Below are positions 47,404-58,100 of a stretch of 64,000 bases of DNA, in pieces. This DNA comes from Acidobacteriota bacterium (lineage in GTDB: Bacteria; Acidobacteriota; Blastocatellia; Pyrinomonadales; Pyrinomonadaceae). Numbering within the stretch: position 1 is the first letter of the stretch; the number at the start of each line of letters is the position of its first letter. A model generated the notes under the pieces. It did no database searches. It was not told the origin of the DNA and worked only from the letters and a program-made list of their open reading frames with translations. The position numbers and the translations under genes are program-made. Where the stretch lies: NCBI GenBank assembly GCA_003222975.1, contig QHXN01000028.1, forward strand, positions 13,820 through 77,819. The letters run 5' to 3'.

Positions 47404-48029
47404 GCTGACTGCTTCTCGTAAAGTCCGAGCCAGTGGAATCCTACCACGACGAGCGAGTGCGTGATCTTCCCTTCGGCGATGAGCGTGGGGATTTGTTCGA
47501 CGGGGACGAGGCGGACGACCGTCTGCTCCGTCCCGTCGAACTCCGGCTCGTGCCTGAACTCCACGCCGCGCGCCAGGTACGTGTGAATCCAGTTGTTCTG
47601 AATCGCCGGGTTGGGGCGCGTCTTGCCGAGGAAGACCAACTCCGCAGCCGCGTAGCCCGTCTCCTCCAGAAGCTCGCGCGCCGCGGCCTCGCGCGCCGTC
47701 TCGCCGGGGTCAACCATCCCGCCGGGGATTTCGAGCGAGACTTCCCCTGTGCCGTGCCGGTACTGCTCAATGAGCACGACCTCGCCGCGCGAGGTGACGG
47801 GGACGACGTTGATCCAGTCCGGCGCTTCGATGACGTAGAAGTCGTGCGCGCGCCCGTCGCGCGGGTCTGCGCTCACGTCACGTCTCACTTTGAAAACCCG
47901 ACAGTCAGCCACTTGCTCGGAGCTTTTACGTTCCCACGCGAGAGGCGAGGCCGCGCCGCCGCCGGCTTTCTCAGCTTCGATGCCCGTGGCCTGCGCTGAT
48001 TCGCTTGTGTTCCCTCGCCCGCCGCTCAA
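47400..48029 (-). CDS. NUDIX hydrolase (ADP-ribose pyrophosphatase-like)
   Basis: The Nudix box is GGMVDPGETAREAAARELLEETG. The start is TTG, with a strong GAGGAGG SD 11 nt upstream. Confidence 0.85.
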   Translation of the reverse strand: MSGGRGNTSESAQATGIEAEKAGGGAASPLAWERKSSEQVADCRVFKVRRDVSADPRDGRAHDFYVIEAPDWINVVPVTSRGEVVLIEQYRHGTGEVSLEIPGGMVDPGETAREAAARELLEETGYAAAELVFLGKTRPNPAIQNNWIHTYLARGVEFRHEPEFDGTEQTVVRLVPVEQIPTLIAEGKITHSLVVVGFHWLGLYEKQSA

Positions 48030-48047
48030 GCTTTCGGCGACCTCCTC

Positions 48048-49424
48048 TTAAACTTCGGTGACTTCCACGCGCGGCTCGATCTCCATCTTCGGGATGAGCG
48101 CGGGCCAGTAGGCGACGACCTCTTCAACTTTGGGTCGGCCCCCCGCGAAGCCCGTCACGGCGGGCGGCCCTGTGAGGATGAGCGGCGCAATCTCTTTGGT
48201 GAAGCGTTCGACCGCCGCGCGGTCGGGGCCGCGCACGCCGACGCGCAGTTGCACTTCGGGAGCGTCCGTTGAAGGCTCGCCCGCGAGCGGGCCGTGCGTG
48301 GCGTTCGCGCCGACGAACTCGGCGAGTATCTGCTCGAACTTGAGGCCGAGACGTTCGAGGCGCGCGCGCAGTATTTGATCGGCGGCGCGGGCCTTCGCGT
48401 AGGCGTCGGGCCACGCATAGACGAGCGTGCCGACGGCCTTGAATCCCGCGGAGTAGCTGATCGAGACTTTCAAAAATTCCGTCGCGGGTCGGCCACGCAC
48501 GCCGCGGACGCGCACGCGGTCGCGACCGGCGTTTTCGAGGCGGATGGTCGTGAAGTCCGCGACGCAGTCGGGTGTGATATAGCCGGCGGGATCGCCCATC
48601 TCATAGACGAGTTGTTCTTTGACCGAAGGCACGTTGACGCGACCGCCCGTGCCCTCGTGCTTCGTGACGACGAACGTGCCGTCCGCGCTCGCCTCGACGA
48701 TGGGGAAGCCGACGTTTGCCAGGTCTGGAATCGCCTGCCACTCATACTGGCAGTTGCCGCCCGACACTTGCGCGCCGCACTCGATGATGTGCCCGGCGAC
48801 AGTCCCTGCGGCGAGCCTGTTCCAGTCGTTCTCGCCCCAGCCGAACTCGTAGATCAAGGGCGCGAGCGTCAGCCCCGTGTCGGTGGCGCGGCCCGTGACG
48901 ACTACGCGTGCGCCGCGCCGCAAGGCTTCGACAATCGGCCACGCGCCGAGGTACGCGTTCGCGCTCTGCACGCGCTCTCGAACGTGCGCGAGCGGCTCGC
49001 CCGTGTCCATGTTGCGAAGCTCTATCCCGCGCGCGAGCAGCTCGTCGAGGCGGCCCATGATGTCGTCGCCCGTGACCGTGCCGATCTTCAAACGGCCCGC
49101 GAGTCCCAGTTCGCGCGCAACGTCGCGCACGGCCTCGGCGCAGCCCGTGGGGTTGACGCCGCCCGCGTTGGCGGTCACGCGTATGTCTCGTTCGACGCAA
49201 AGGGGAAGAATCTCTCGCATGAGTGGTATGAAGTCGCGCGCGTAGCCGGCGCGGGGGTCGCGCGCGCGCTGCTTCTGCATGATTGACATCGTGACCTCGG
49301 CGAGGTAGTCGAGCATCAGGTAGTCAATCGGCCCTTCGCTGACCTGGCGCACGGGCGCGTCGAGCAGGTCGCCCCAGAAGCCCTGGCCGCAGGCGACGCG
49401 AATCGTCTCTCGTTTCGTGCTCAT
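48048..49424 (-). CDS. acyclic terpene utilization AtuA family protein (DUF1446), N-terminal part
   Basis: [21 protein letters not shown]...[16 protein letters not shown]...GGVNP...YLGAWPI...TGRATDTGL are typical of the AtuA/DUF1446 family. Confidence 0.8.
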   Translation of the reverse strand: MSTKRETIRVACGQGFWGDLLDAPVRQVSEGPIDYLMLDYLAEVTMSIMQKQRARDPRAGYARDFIPLMREILPLCVERDIRVTANAGGVNPTGCAEAVRDVARELGLAGRLKIGTVTGDDIMGRLDELLARGIELRNMDTGEPLAHVRERVQSANAYLGAWPIVEALRRGARVVVTGRATDTGLTLAPLIYEFGWGENDWNRLAAGTVAGHIIECGAQVSGGNCQYEWQAIPDLANVGFPIVEASADGTFVVTKHEGTGGRVNVPSVKEQLVYEMGDPAGYITPDCVADFTTIRLENAGRDRVRVRGVRGRPATEFLKVSISYSAGFKAVGTLVYAWPDAYAKARAADQILRARLERLGLKFEQILAEFVGANATHGPLAGEPSTDAPEVQLRVGVRGPDRAAVERFTKEIAPLILTGPPAVTGFAGGRPKVEEVVAYWPALIPKMEIEPRVEVTEV

Positions 49425-49523
49425 AGGAGTCCGGCTGAATGAGTCGTCGGCAGTTTAGCGAATAGACGTGGGCAAGACAAAGCTTCAGCCGGGAGCAGCC
49501 GGGGCGCGGCGAGAAATGAGGAC

Positions 49524-49559
49524 GGGCGGCGCGAAGCCCTTTGAAGATTCGCGCCGCCC
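49524..49559 (-). terminator. perfect 12-bp GC hairpin after the low-complexity protein gene
   Basis: gggcggcgcgaa (49524-49535) pairs with ttcgcgccgccc (49548-59). The T-tract on the minus strand is weak (GTCCTCATTTCTC). Confidence 0.5.
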
Positions 49560-49642
49560 GCTCAGTACAGCACGACTCTCGCGCGGCGCGTTGGCCGCAC
49601 GCGAGTCGCGCAAAGCTTCTCAAACGCCCACGCCGGCTGAGA

Positions 49643-50593
49643 CTAACGCTGCGGGGGCGTGGAGTTCGCGTTGCTGTTCATGTTGGCGTTCGTGTTGGCG
49701 TTCGTGTTGGTCGCACCGCCGCGGCGACCGCGCCTCCTGCCGCGAGAGCGCGGCGACGGAGTGGCGGGCGTCGCAGGCGTAGCGGTCTCTTCGCCCGGTG
49801 TGGCCGACGTAGCTGGCGTCGCGGGAGTCGCCGAGTTGGCTCTGCCGCGCCTGCGCCCACGTCGCCCCCTCATGCTACCGCCAGCACCGGCGGGCGCGAA
49901 CGAGCACTTGTTCGTCTCGCCGGGCACGGGCGAGAGCGTCAGGCGGTCGCCCACCTTGCGCGCGCGCACCGAGACGGTCTGCGGCGTGCCGCCGCCAGCC
50001 GCGTCGAACCGAAGGGTCGCGCCCGTGTAGCCGCGCGTCGTGACGGCGGTGATCCGGCCCGACTTGCTCGACGCGCCGCTCAGCGTGAACTGGTTGCCGG
50101 TGACGGTCAGTGTGGCGTCGCCGGTCGCGTCGAGGCAGTTGATCGTGCCGGTGTAGGTGCCAGACAGGTCGGTCTGCTCGCCGCCGCTGACGTTGGCGTT
50201 CGCGCCCATCCCGGCGCTCGCTGCCGCGGCTGCTCCAGCCGCGCGGCGGCGACCGCGGCGACGACCGCGACGACCGCGCGTGCCAGTGCCGGTCGCCATG
50301 CCGCCCATGTTCGAGTTTCCGGCCATGTTGGTGTTCTGGCCGGTGGTATCGCCGGTGTTGGCGTTCGCGTCGCCGGACGCGTTCGTGTTGGCGGCGGCGG
50401 CGCGGCGGCGACCGCGCGCGCGACGCCCCGTGTTGGTGTTCGTGGCGTTGGCGTTCTGCATGCTGTCGTTCTGCGTCGTGCTGCTGTTGGTGTTCTGCGC
50501 CAGCACAGCGAGGTCTGCGACGACGAGGACGGCGGTCGTGAAGGTGACAAAGAGAAAGACGACAAGGAATCTAACGCTGCTCTTCTTGCTCAC
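49643..50593 (-). CDS. secreted/anchored low-complexity protein with Asn-Thr repeats and four poly-Arg clusters
   Basis: I use GTG 50593, with AGGAGGAG SD 9 nt upstream. An N-terminal hydrophobic anchor FLVVFLFVTFTTAVLVVADLAVLA is followed by NTNxNTN tracts, RGRRGRRRGRRR-type clusters and a two-Cys core of about 95 aa. Confidence 0.6.
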   Translation of the reverse strand: MSKKSSVRFLVVFLFVTFTTAVLVVADLAVLAQNTNSSTTQNDSMQNANATNTNTGRRARGRRRAAAANTNASGDANANTGDTTGQNTNMAGNSNMGGMATGTGTRGRRGRRRGRRRAAGAAAAASAGMGANANVSGGEQTDLSGTYTGTINCLDATGDATLTVTGNQFTLSGASSKSGRITAVTTRGYTGATLRFDAAGGGTPQTVSVRARKVGDRLTLSPVPGETNKCSFAPAGAGGSMRGRRGRRRGRANSATPATPATSATPGEETATPATPATPSPRSRGRRRGRRGGATNTNANTNANMNSNANSTPPQR

Positions 50594-50831
50594 GGATGAT
50601 TCTCCTCCTGTTAACATCTGCGCGTGCCGGGCGGATAACCGACGGGCGCGAGCGATCATTCTGACGACCTCCCTGGGACTCCGCCGCGCGGGGTCGAACG
50701 CCCCTCAGTCGGCGGAAGGGGAACATCTCGAAAAGCTTGCTGGGTTGGCGCATAGTGTCGCACAACGGGCCGCCAGTTGCACGTAATTTTTTACAGCGGC
50801 CAAGCGACTTTCGCGCCGGGGGTGATTCGGC

Positions 50832-52472
50832 TCAGGCGAGCACCGCGGGTAGTACGAACTGGCCCAGGTGCGGCCCGGCGTAGTTCAGGCTGACGCTCAG
50901 GGCGAGTTCGAGCGCATCGCGCGTCTCCTCCGGCGTGACACAAGCGTCCACATAGCCGCGCGCGGCGGCGTACCTCGCGTCGAGTTGTTGCTCGTAGTCT
51001 TCGCGGACGCGTCCCATCTCCGCCTTAAGCCGTTCGTCCGGCTCGCGTCCTTCGCGCTTCAGCTTCTCCAACTGCGTCCCGTAGATGGCCTGCACCGCCG
51101 AGTCGCCCTCCATCACGCCCATGCGCCCCGTGGGCCAACTGAAGATGAAGTCGGGGTCGAAGCCCTGGCCGGCCATCGCGTAGTAGCCCGCGCCCGAAGC
51201 GTGGTTGATCGTCAGGACGATCTTCGGAACGGTGGCCGTCGCCATCGCCTCGACGAAGCGCGCGCCCGCGCGGATGATGCCGCTATGCTCCGCCTCCGCG
51301 CCGACCATGAAGCCGGACACGTCCTGTATGAAGAGGAGCGGCGTGCGCTGGCGATTGCAGGTCTCTATGAAGTAGGCGACCTTCTCGGCGGACTCGGTGT
51401 AGATGATGCCGCCGAACTTCGGGGGCTTTCCCTTCTCGCGCACCAGCCCGCGGCTGTTGGCGATGACGCCGACCTGAATTCCGCGCACGCGCGCGTGGCC
51501 CGTCAGTATCTCGCGCGCGTAGTCGGCCTGGAACTCGTCAAGATGTCCTTCGTCGAGGACACAGGCGAGGACTTCGCGCGCGTCGTAAGGGTGTCGGTGG
51601 TCTTCGGGGATGAGCTCGTACAAATCTTCGAGAGGCCGCGACGCCTCTCTGCTCCCCGTGTTTGACGCGCGCGCTTTCTCCGCGGGCGGAAGCTCGGAGA
51701 CCATCTCCCTGATCTTCTCGACGCACGCCTCGTCCGACTCCACGCGGTAGTGGGCCACGCCGGAAACTTCGGTGTGCGTGCGCGCGCCGCCCAAGCTCTC
51801 ATTGTCAATCGTCTGCCCCGTCGCGCCTCGGACCAGGTTCGCGCCGCCCAAGCCCATGAACGAAGTCTTCTCGACCATGATGATGATGTCCGAGAGCGCG
51901 GGCAGGTACGCGCCGCCCGCCACGCACGGCCCCATCACCGCCGCGACCTGCGGCACGCGCAGATACCTTCGCATAATCGAGTTGTAATAGAAGATGCGCG
52001 CCGCGCCGTACTGACCGGGAAAGACCCCGCCCTGGTACGGCAGGTTCACGCCCGCCGAGTCCACGAGATAGATGATCGGCACGCGCGAGCGCATCGCGAT
52101 CTCCTGCGCGCGCAGAATCTTCTTGATCGTCTCCGGCCACCACGAGCCGGCCTTAACGGTCGCGTCGTTCGCGACGACTACACACTCGCGCCCGCCGACC
52201 CGGCCCACCGTCGTCACGACGCCCGCCGCCGGCGCAGCGCCCTCGTACTGGTCGTATGCGACGAGCAAACCTATCTCCTGCGCATAAGCGCCGCGGTCGA
52301 GCAACAACCCGACGCGCTCGCGCGCCGTCAGCTTCCCCTGCTCGTGCTGTTTCTTGATTTTAGCGGGGCCGCCGCCCGCGCGCAGCTTCGTCTCCAGCTC
52401 ACGCAGCTCCGCCGCGAGCGCGCGCAGGCGCGACGCCTTCTCGACGGGAGCCGGAGGTGCTTCAGGACTCAT
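50832..52472 (-). CDS. acyl-CoA carboxylase carboxyltransferase (beta) subunit
   Basis: GKLTARERVGLLLD...VVANDATVKAGSWWPETIKKILRAQEIA...LVDSAGVNLP...CVAGGAYLPALSD and a C-terminal half with GGIIYTESAEKVAYFIETC...PLLFIQDVSGFMVG. This is the MccB/PccB/AtuC-type family. Confidence 0.88.
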   Translation of the reverse strand: MSPEAPPAPVEKASRLRALAAELRELETKLRAGGGPAKIKKQHEQGKLTARERVGLLLDRGAYAQEIGLLVAYDQYEGAAPAAGVVTTVGRVGGRECVVVANDATVKAGSWWPETIKKILRAQEIAMRSRVPIIYLVDSAGVNLPYQGGVFPGQYGAARIFYYNSIMRRYLRVPQVAAVMGPCVAGGAYLPALSDIIIMVEKTSFMGLGGANLVRGATGQTIDNESLGGARTHTEVSGVAHYRVESDEACVEKIREMVSELPPAEKARASNTGSREASRPLEDLYELIPEDHRHPYDAREVLACVLDEGHLDEFQADYAREILTGHARVRGIQVGVIANSRGLVREKGKPPKFGGIIYTESAEKVAYFIETCNRQRTPLLFIQDVSGFMVGAEAEHSGIIRAGARFVEAMATATVPKIVLTINHASGAGYYAMAGQGFDPDFIFSWPTGRMGVMEGDSAVQAIYGTQLEKLKREGREPDERLKAEMGRVREDYEQQLDARYAAARGYVDACVTPEETRDALELALSVSLNYAGPHLGQFVLPAVLA

Positions 52473-52742
52473 CTCAATTTTCGCACCGGTCTTCCCATCT
52501 CTTTAAGAAAGAGATGCGAGGCCGGTCGCTCTTAAAATTCTCGGAACGCCAGAGTTGGCTGGAAAATAACACAGCGGGCGGCGCGAAAACAATTAACACG
52601 CGCCCCGGCTAAATGCTTGAGAACGCACGGCGGGTTACAAAAACCTTCCGAAATACGGTAAACTCTTCGTCCTGCATTCAAGAAGTCCGCAGCACTTGAG
52701 CCGTAACAGAGTTTCTCGACCGACCGAGTTGGAGGACTGTAT

Positions 52743-53405
52743 TTGGCGGCAGCCGCATTCTACGATCTCGAAGGGACGCTGGTGAGCACGAACCTCGTGC
52801 ACACGCTCGGCTTCTACGCGCGCAACCAGCAGGGCTTGATGCGCTCCCTGCGCAAGAGCGCCGCCACCCTCGTCAGCATCCCGCTCTTCGCCGCCGCCGA
52901 CTCCTACAGCCGGATGGTCTTCAACGACATCTTCTTCCGCCGCTACAAGGGTGAGCCGGAAGACCGCCTGCGCTTCTTCGCCGGGGAACTGTTCGAGAAC
53001 GTCCTCCGGCCCGGCGTCTTCCCCGGCGCGATTGAGCTGATTCAGAAGTCGCGCAGCCTCGGCCTGCGCCAAGTCGTCGTCACCGGCGCACTCGATTTTT
53101 CGGTCGAGCCGCTGATGCGCTACCTCGGCGTTGACGACTTCGTCGCCAACCGCCTTGAGTTCGTCAACGGCGTCGCCACCGGAAGACTGCTGCCGCCCGT
53201 GCTCGCGTCGGCCACGAAGGCATCGTGGATTCGCACCTACGCCGAGCGCGAGGGGCTAAACCTGAACGAGTCCTACGCCTACAGCGACAGCATGAGCGAC
53301 CTGCCCATGCTCTCCATCGTCGGCCACCCCGCGGCGGTCAACCCGGACATGCGGCTCCGCCAGACGGCGCTGCACCACGACTGGCCGATACTTAATCTGA
53401 AATGA
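52743..53405 (+). CDS. HAD-IB family hydrolase
   Basis: AAFYDLEGTLVSTN is HAD motif I with Glu at the second acidic position. It is followed by ...VVVTGALDFSVEPL... and YSDSMSDLPML. The start is TTG, with GGAGG 7 nt upstream. Confidence 0.75.
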   Translation: MAAAAFYDLEGTLVSTNLVHTLGFYARNQQGLMRSLRKSAATLVSIPLFAAADSYSRMVFNDIFFRRYKGEPEDRLRFFAGELFENVLRPGVFPGAIELIQKSRSLGLRQVVVTGALDFSVEPLMRYLGVDDFVANRLEFVNGVATGRLLPPVLASATKASWIRTYAEREGLNLNESYAYSDSMSDLPMLSIVGHPAAVNPDMRLRQTALHHDWPILNLK

Positions 53406-53483
53406 GTTCCAAGTTCCAAGTTCAAGGTTCAAAGTTAAATGCTTTGGCCTCGGACTTTGAACTTTGAACTTTGAACTTTGAAC
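53406..53483. repeat. heptamer-periodic hairpin element (GTTCCAA/GTTCAAG/GTTCAAA)
   Basis: gttccaagttccaagttcaaggttcaaagtt (53406-53436) pairs with actttgaactttgaactttgaactttgaac (53454-53483). It starts 1 nt after the HAD stop and ends 2 nt before the next ATG. Confidence 0.85.
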
Positions 53484-53485
53484 TG

Positions 53486-55084
53486 ATGGCTTTACAACTA
53501 AGACGCAAAGTTCACGAGTCGGTCGTCTTTATTGACCGCGACAGCGCGCCGCGCATCATCTCTTCGGGGATGGATTTCCAACTCGAAGACCTGCCCGTCG
53601 GCACGCGCGTCATCTACCCGAACGCGCCCATCAAGGGGTTGCCGAACCGCGAGGCCGCGATCCGCTACGCGCTGAACCACCCGCACGACTGCGACCCGCT
53701 CTACGCGCAGTTGGAGCCGGGCATGAAGGTGACGGTCGCGATAGACGACATCTCGATGCCCCTGCCGCCGATGCGGACGCCCGACATACGGCAGACGGCG
53801 CTCGAAATCCTGCTCGACCTTTTGCACGCCAACGGCGTTGACGACGTGCACCTCATCATCGCCATCTCGCTCCACCGCCGCATGACCGAGTCGGAGATCA
53901 AGCGCATGGTCGGCCCGCGCGTCTTCAAAGAGTTCTGGCCCGAACGCCTCTACAACCACGACGCCGAAGACCCCGACCGGATGGTCACCATCGGCGAGAC
54001 GCGCCACAAGGAGGTGCTGCGCCTCAACCGGCGCGCCGCCGAGAGCGATCTCCTCATCTACCTCAACTACAACTTCGTCCCGATGAACGGCGGCCACAAG
54101 TCGGTCGCCGTCGGCCTGTGCGACTACGAGTCCCTGCGCCCGCACCACGAGCCGCAGACCATACTCGACTCGGACAGCTACATGGACCCCGCGAACTCGG
54201 AGCTGACGCGCAAGATCAACCGCATGGGAGAGCTTGTGGACGAGCACCTCAACGTCTTCCACATCGAGACGACTGTCAACAACCAGATGTTCAAGGGCGA
54301 GCTTTCCTTCCTCACCAAAAACGAGGACGAGTTCTCGGCCTACGACCGCATGAAGTACGAGGCCATGCGCTTCACGATGTCGAAGATGCCGCGCGCCGCG
54401 CAGCGCAAGATGTACAACGCGCTCACCTCCGACTACGAGATGATCGCCGTCGAGGCCGGAAGGACAGACCCCGTCCACGAACGCATCATCGAAAAATCAA
54501 TGCAGCAGTACGTCGTCCCCATCGAAGGCCAGTGCGATATACTCATCTGCCCCATCCCCGAAATCTCGCCCTACAACGTCTATTCGACCCTGAACCCGCT
54601 GCTCGTGCAGGTGATGGCCTTGGGCTACCACTTCAACATGTACCGCGGCAAGCCCCTGCTGAAGAAAGGCGGCGTGCTCATACTTCACCACCCATGCTAC
54701 GACGAGTTCGACCACGTGCAGCATCCGAGCTACATCGAGTTCTTCAACCGGCTGCTTCCCGAAACGCGCGACTCCCACACCCTGCGCGAGAAGTACGAGC
54801 GCGAGTTCGCGACGAATCCGAGTTACATAGAGATGTACCGCCGCGGCCACGCCTACCACGGCGCGCACCCTTTTTATATGTGGTACTGGGGCGAGAACGG
54901 GCGCGCGCACGTGGGCCGCGTCATCGCCGCGGGCGCGGAGAACGCGCACGTCCCCGCCGCGCTTGGGTGGGAGCGCGCCGACAACCTGACCGAGGCCATC
55001 GCCATGGCCCGCAGCTACGTGGGCCGCTCCGCGCAGATCACGATGCTCCACCAGCCCGTGATCGCCATCTGCGATATGAGTTAA
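53486..55084 (+). CDS. LarA-N-terminal-domain (DUF2088)-like protein
   Basis: I use ATG 53486, because the track TTG 53471 lies in the hairpin. ...[20 protein letters not shown]...[21 protein letters not shown]... resembles the lactate-racemase N-domain family. This is weak, memory-based recognition. Confidence 0.5.
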   Translation: MALQLRRKVHESVVFIDRDSAPRIISSGMDFQLEDLPVGTRVIYPNAPIKGLPNREAAIRYALNHPHDCDPLYAQLEPGMKVTVAIDDISMPLPPMRTPDIRQTALEILLDLLHANGVDDVHLIIAISLHRRMTESEIKRMVGPRVFKEFWPERLYNHDAEDPDRMVTIGETRHKEVLRLNRRAAESDLLIYLNYNFVPMNGGHKSVAVGLCDYESLRPHHEPQTILDSDSYMDPANSELTRKINRMGELVDEHLNVFHIETTVNNQMFKGELSFLTKNEDEFSAYDRMKYEAMRFTMSKMPRAAQRKMYNALTSDYEMIAVEAGRTDPVHERIIEKSMQQYVVPIEGQCDILICPIPEISPYNVYSTLNPLLVQVMALGYHFNMYRGKPLLKKGGVLILHHPCYDEFDHVQHPSYIEFFNRLLPETRDSHTLREKYEREFATNPSYIEMYRRGHAYHGAHPFYMWYWGENGRAHVGRVIAAGAENAHVPAALGWERADNLTEAIAMARSYVGRSAQITMLHQPVIAICDMS

Positions 55085-55127
55085 CGTGCGACGCGGAAGC
55101 AGGTATCATGTTGTCAGTTTTGAAAGT

Positions 55128-58100
55128 ATGAAGCTATCGCCCACAGAGATTTATAACGGCAGGAACGTCTTCATCATCGGCGCGACCGGGTTCGTCGGCA
55201 AGGTCGCGCTCTCGATGCTGCTCGACCGCTTCCCCGGCGTCGGGCGCGTCTATGTCACCGTGCGCGCGCGCTCGAAGGAGGAATCGGAAACAAGATTCTG
55301 GAACAACGTCATCACCGCGCCGCCCTTCGACCCCGTGCGCGAGCGCTACGGCGCGGCCTTCGAGGAATTCATCCGCGACAAGGTTCGCGTCGTCAACGGC
55401 GACATCAGCGAGGAGCGTTTAGGGTTCACGGAGGAAGAAGCGCAAACGGTCGCCTCGGACATTGACGTGCTCATCAACAGCGCGGGCAACGTCACCTTCA
55501 ACCCGACCTTAGAGAGCGCGCTTCGCACGAACGTCGTCGGCACGCAGAACGTCATCGCCTTCGCCAGAAGGATGCGCCGGCCCGCGCTCGTCCACATCTC
55601 GACCTGCTTCGTCGCGGGCAACCGCACCGGCCCCGTCTGGGAGAGCGACCCCGTGCTCGGCTACTTCCCGCGCCGTGAAGAGCTGCGCGGCGTCGAGTTC
55701 AACGTCGAGCACGAGATACGCGACTGCGCCCGCCTCGCCGAGCGCGTGCGCGAGGAGGCGCGCGACGCCTTGCAGGTCGCCCGCTTCCGCGAGAACGCGC
55801 GCAAGCGCCTCGTCGAAGAAGGGCGCGACCCCGACGACCTCGACGCGATGGGACTCGCCGTCGCGCGTGAGCGAAAACTTTGGACGCGCGAGCGCCTGAC
55901 GGAACTCGGCATCGAGCGCGCGACCTTCTGGGGCTGGCCCAACATCTACACCTACACGAAGAGCCTCGGCGAACAACTTGTCGCCGCCGAGAAAGAGATC
56001 GTGCGCGCCATCATCCGCCCTTCAATCGTCGAGTCGGCGCTTAGCTATCCCTTCCCCGGCTGGAACGAGGGCTTCACGACGACCGCGCCGCTCATCTTCA
56101 TCGCGCTCAAGGGTCAGCAGCAGATTCCCGTCAACGACAAGCTCATCCTCGACATCACGCCCGTGGATCAGGTCGCCGCCGTGATGCTCGCCGTCGCCGC
56201 CGAGACCATTGAGCGCGAGCCGCGACTCGTCTATCAGGCCGCCACCGGCGACAGCAACCCGAACACGATGGAGCGCATCGTCGGCCTGCTCGGCCTCCAC
56301 AAACGGAAACACTTTCAGGAGAAGGAGACCGGCTTCCGCATAGTCAACGAGTTCGCCGCGCGCATGGAGACGAAGCCGGTCACGCCCTCGCGCTTCGACG
56401 CGATGTCCACGCCGATGGTCAACGCGGCGGCTCGACGGGCTTCGTCGCTCCTCGAACGCGTGCGCCCGCGCTGGGGCGGGGGCCGCCTCACAGACATCGT
56501 TGACCGCGCGAAGGCCACCGTCGGGCGCGTCGAGGAGTTCACGCGCGAGACTGAGGAAGCGTTCGAGATGTTCCGGCCCTTCATGGTCGAGAACGCATAC
56601 ATCTTCCGCTCCGACAACGTCCGCTCGCTCTTCTCGCAGGTGCGCGAGGACGAGCGGCAACTTCTCAAGTGGAACCCGGAGCAGTTCGACTGGTACGACT
56701 ACTGGATGAACGTCCACTTCCCCGGCTTGAAGAAGTGGGTCTTCCCCAAGCTCGAAGAGGACATGCGCGCGCAGCCGAAGCGCGTTTATACCTACCGCGA
56801 CCTGCTCGAACTCTTCGAGACCTCGGCCAAGCGCTTCTCCACGCGCGTCGCCATGCGCGTCGAGCGCGACGGCGAGCAGGAGCGTTACACCTACGCCGAC
56901 ATTCAGGAGCTTGCGACGCGCGCCGCCGCCTTCTTCGCCTCGCAGGGCGTCAAGCCCGCCGACCGCGTCCTGCTCGCCAGCCACAACGCGCCGGAGTGGG
57001 GCATCAGCTACTTCGGCGTGCTGAAGGCGGGCGCGACTTGCGTGCCCGTTGACCCTGAAAGCTCGACCGAAGAACTCGTCAACTTCGCGCGCGCGAGCGG
57101 CGCGACCGGCGTCATCCTCGGCGAGAAGGCCGACGCCGAACACCCAGACCTTCAGGAGAAATTGATTGAAGCCGGACTTGAGGCGCGTCTGTGGCGCTAC
57201 GCGGAAATCTTCGAGCTGACGGACGAGGCGACGGAAGACCGGCGCATCGCGCTTCTGCCCGCGCGCGTCTCGCCGAACACGGTCGCCTCGCTCATCTTCA
57301 CTTCCGGCACGACGGGCCAGCCCAAAGGCGTCATGCTCTCGCACAAGAACCTGACGAACATGGTCTCGATGCTCGCCTCCGTCTTCGAGATGGACACGGG
57401 CGACGGCGTGCTCTCGGTTCTCCCGCTCTACCACACCTTCGAGTTCTCCACGGGCTTCCTCACGCCCCTCAGCCGCGGCACGCAGATCACTTACCTCTCA
57501 GAGCTGAACGGCGAGGAGTTGGCGCGCGCCATCAAGCACAACCACGTCACGGGCATGGTCGGCGTGCCCGCCCTGTGGGAGCTTCTGCACCGGCGCATCA
57601 TGTCGCGCCTGCGCGAGCGTGGCGAGTGGGTCGGCAGCGCCGCCGAGGCCATGATGCGCTTCAACAGTTGGCTGCGCGACAAGACGCCGCTCAACCTCGG
57701 TCAGGTCATCTTCCTCCCGATCCACCGCGGCCTGGGCGGGAACATTCGCTACCTCATCAGCGGCGGCTCGGCCTTAAACGAAAAGGTCAAGCGCGACATG
57801 CACGGCCTCGGCTTCACCATACTCGAAGGCTACGGCCTCACGGAAGCTTCGCCCGTGCTCACGGTGACGCGCCCGCAGAACTCTCTGAACGCGGCGAGCG
57901 TCGGGAAGGCTTTGCCCGGCGTCGAAATCCGCATCGCCGATGCCGGACGAGTCGGCGTCGGCGATGCGGACTCGTCCGGCATCGGCGAGGTCATCGCGCG
58001 CGGGCCGAACGTCATGCTCGGCTACTACCGCAACGAGCAGGCGACGCAATCGGCGCTCACGGGCCGCTGGCTCAGCACGGGCGATTTGGGCCGCCTCGAC

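Noticed and set aside
49541-50599. 352-aa plus-strand ORF antisense to the low-complexity protein
   Set aside because: It is Arg/Ala/Gly-rich and has no SD. The minus-strand ORF has a signal anchor, a strong SD and a structured core. Because both are low-complexity, this call is less certain than the others.
56022-57434. 470-aa minus-strand ORF (and 58653..59549, 298 aa) inside the ElbD-like gene
   Set aside because: These are shadow ORFs. The plus-strand frame carries four unambiguous catalytic-domain motif sets.
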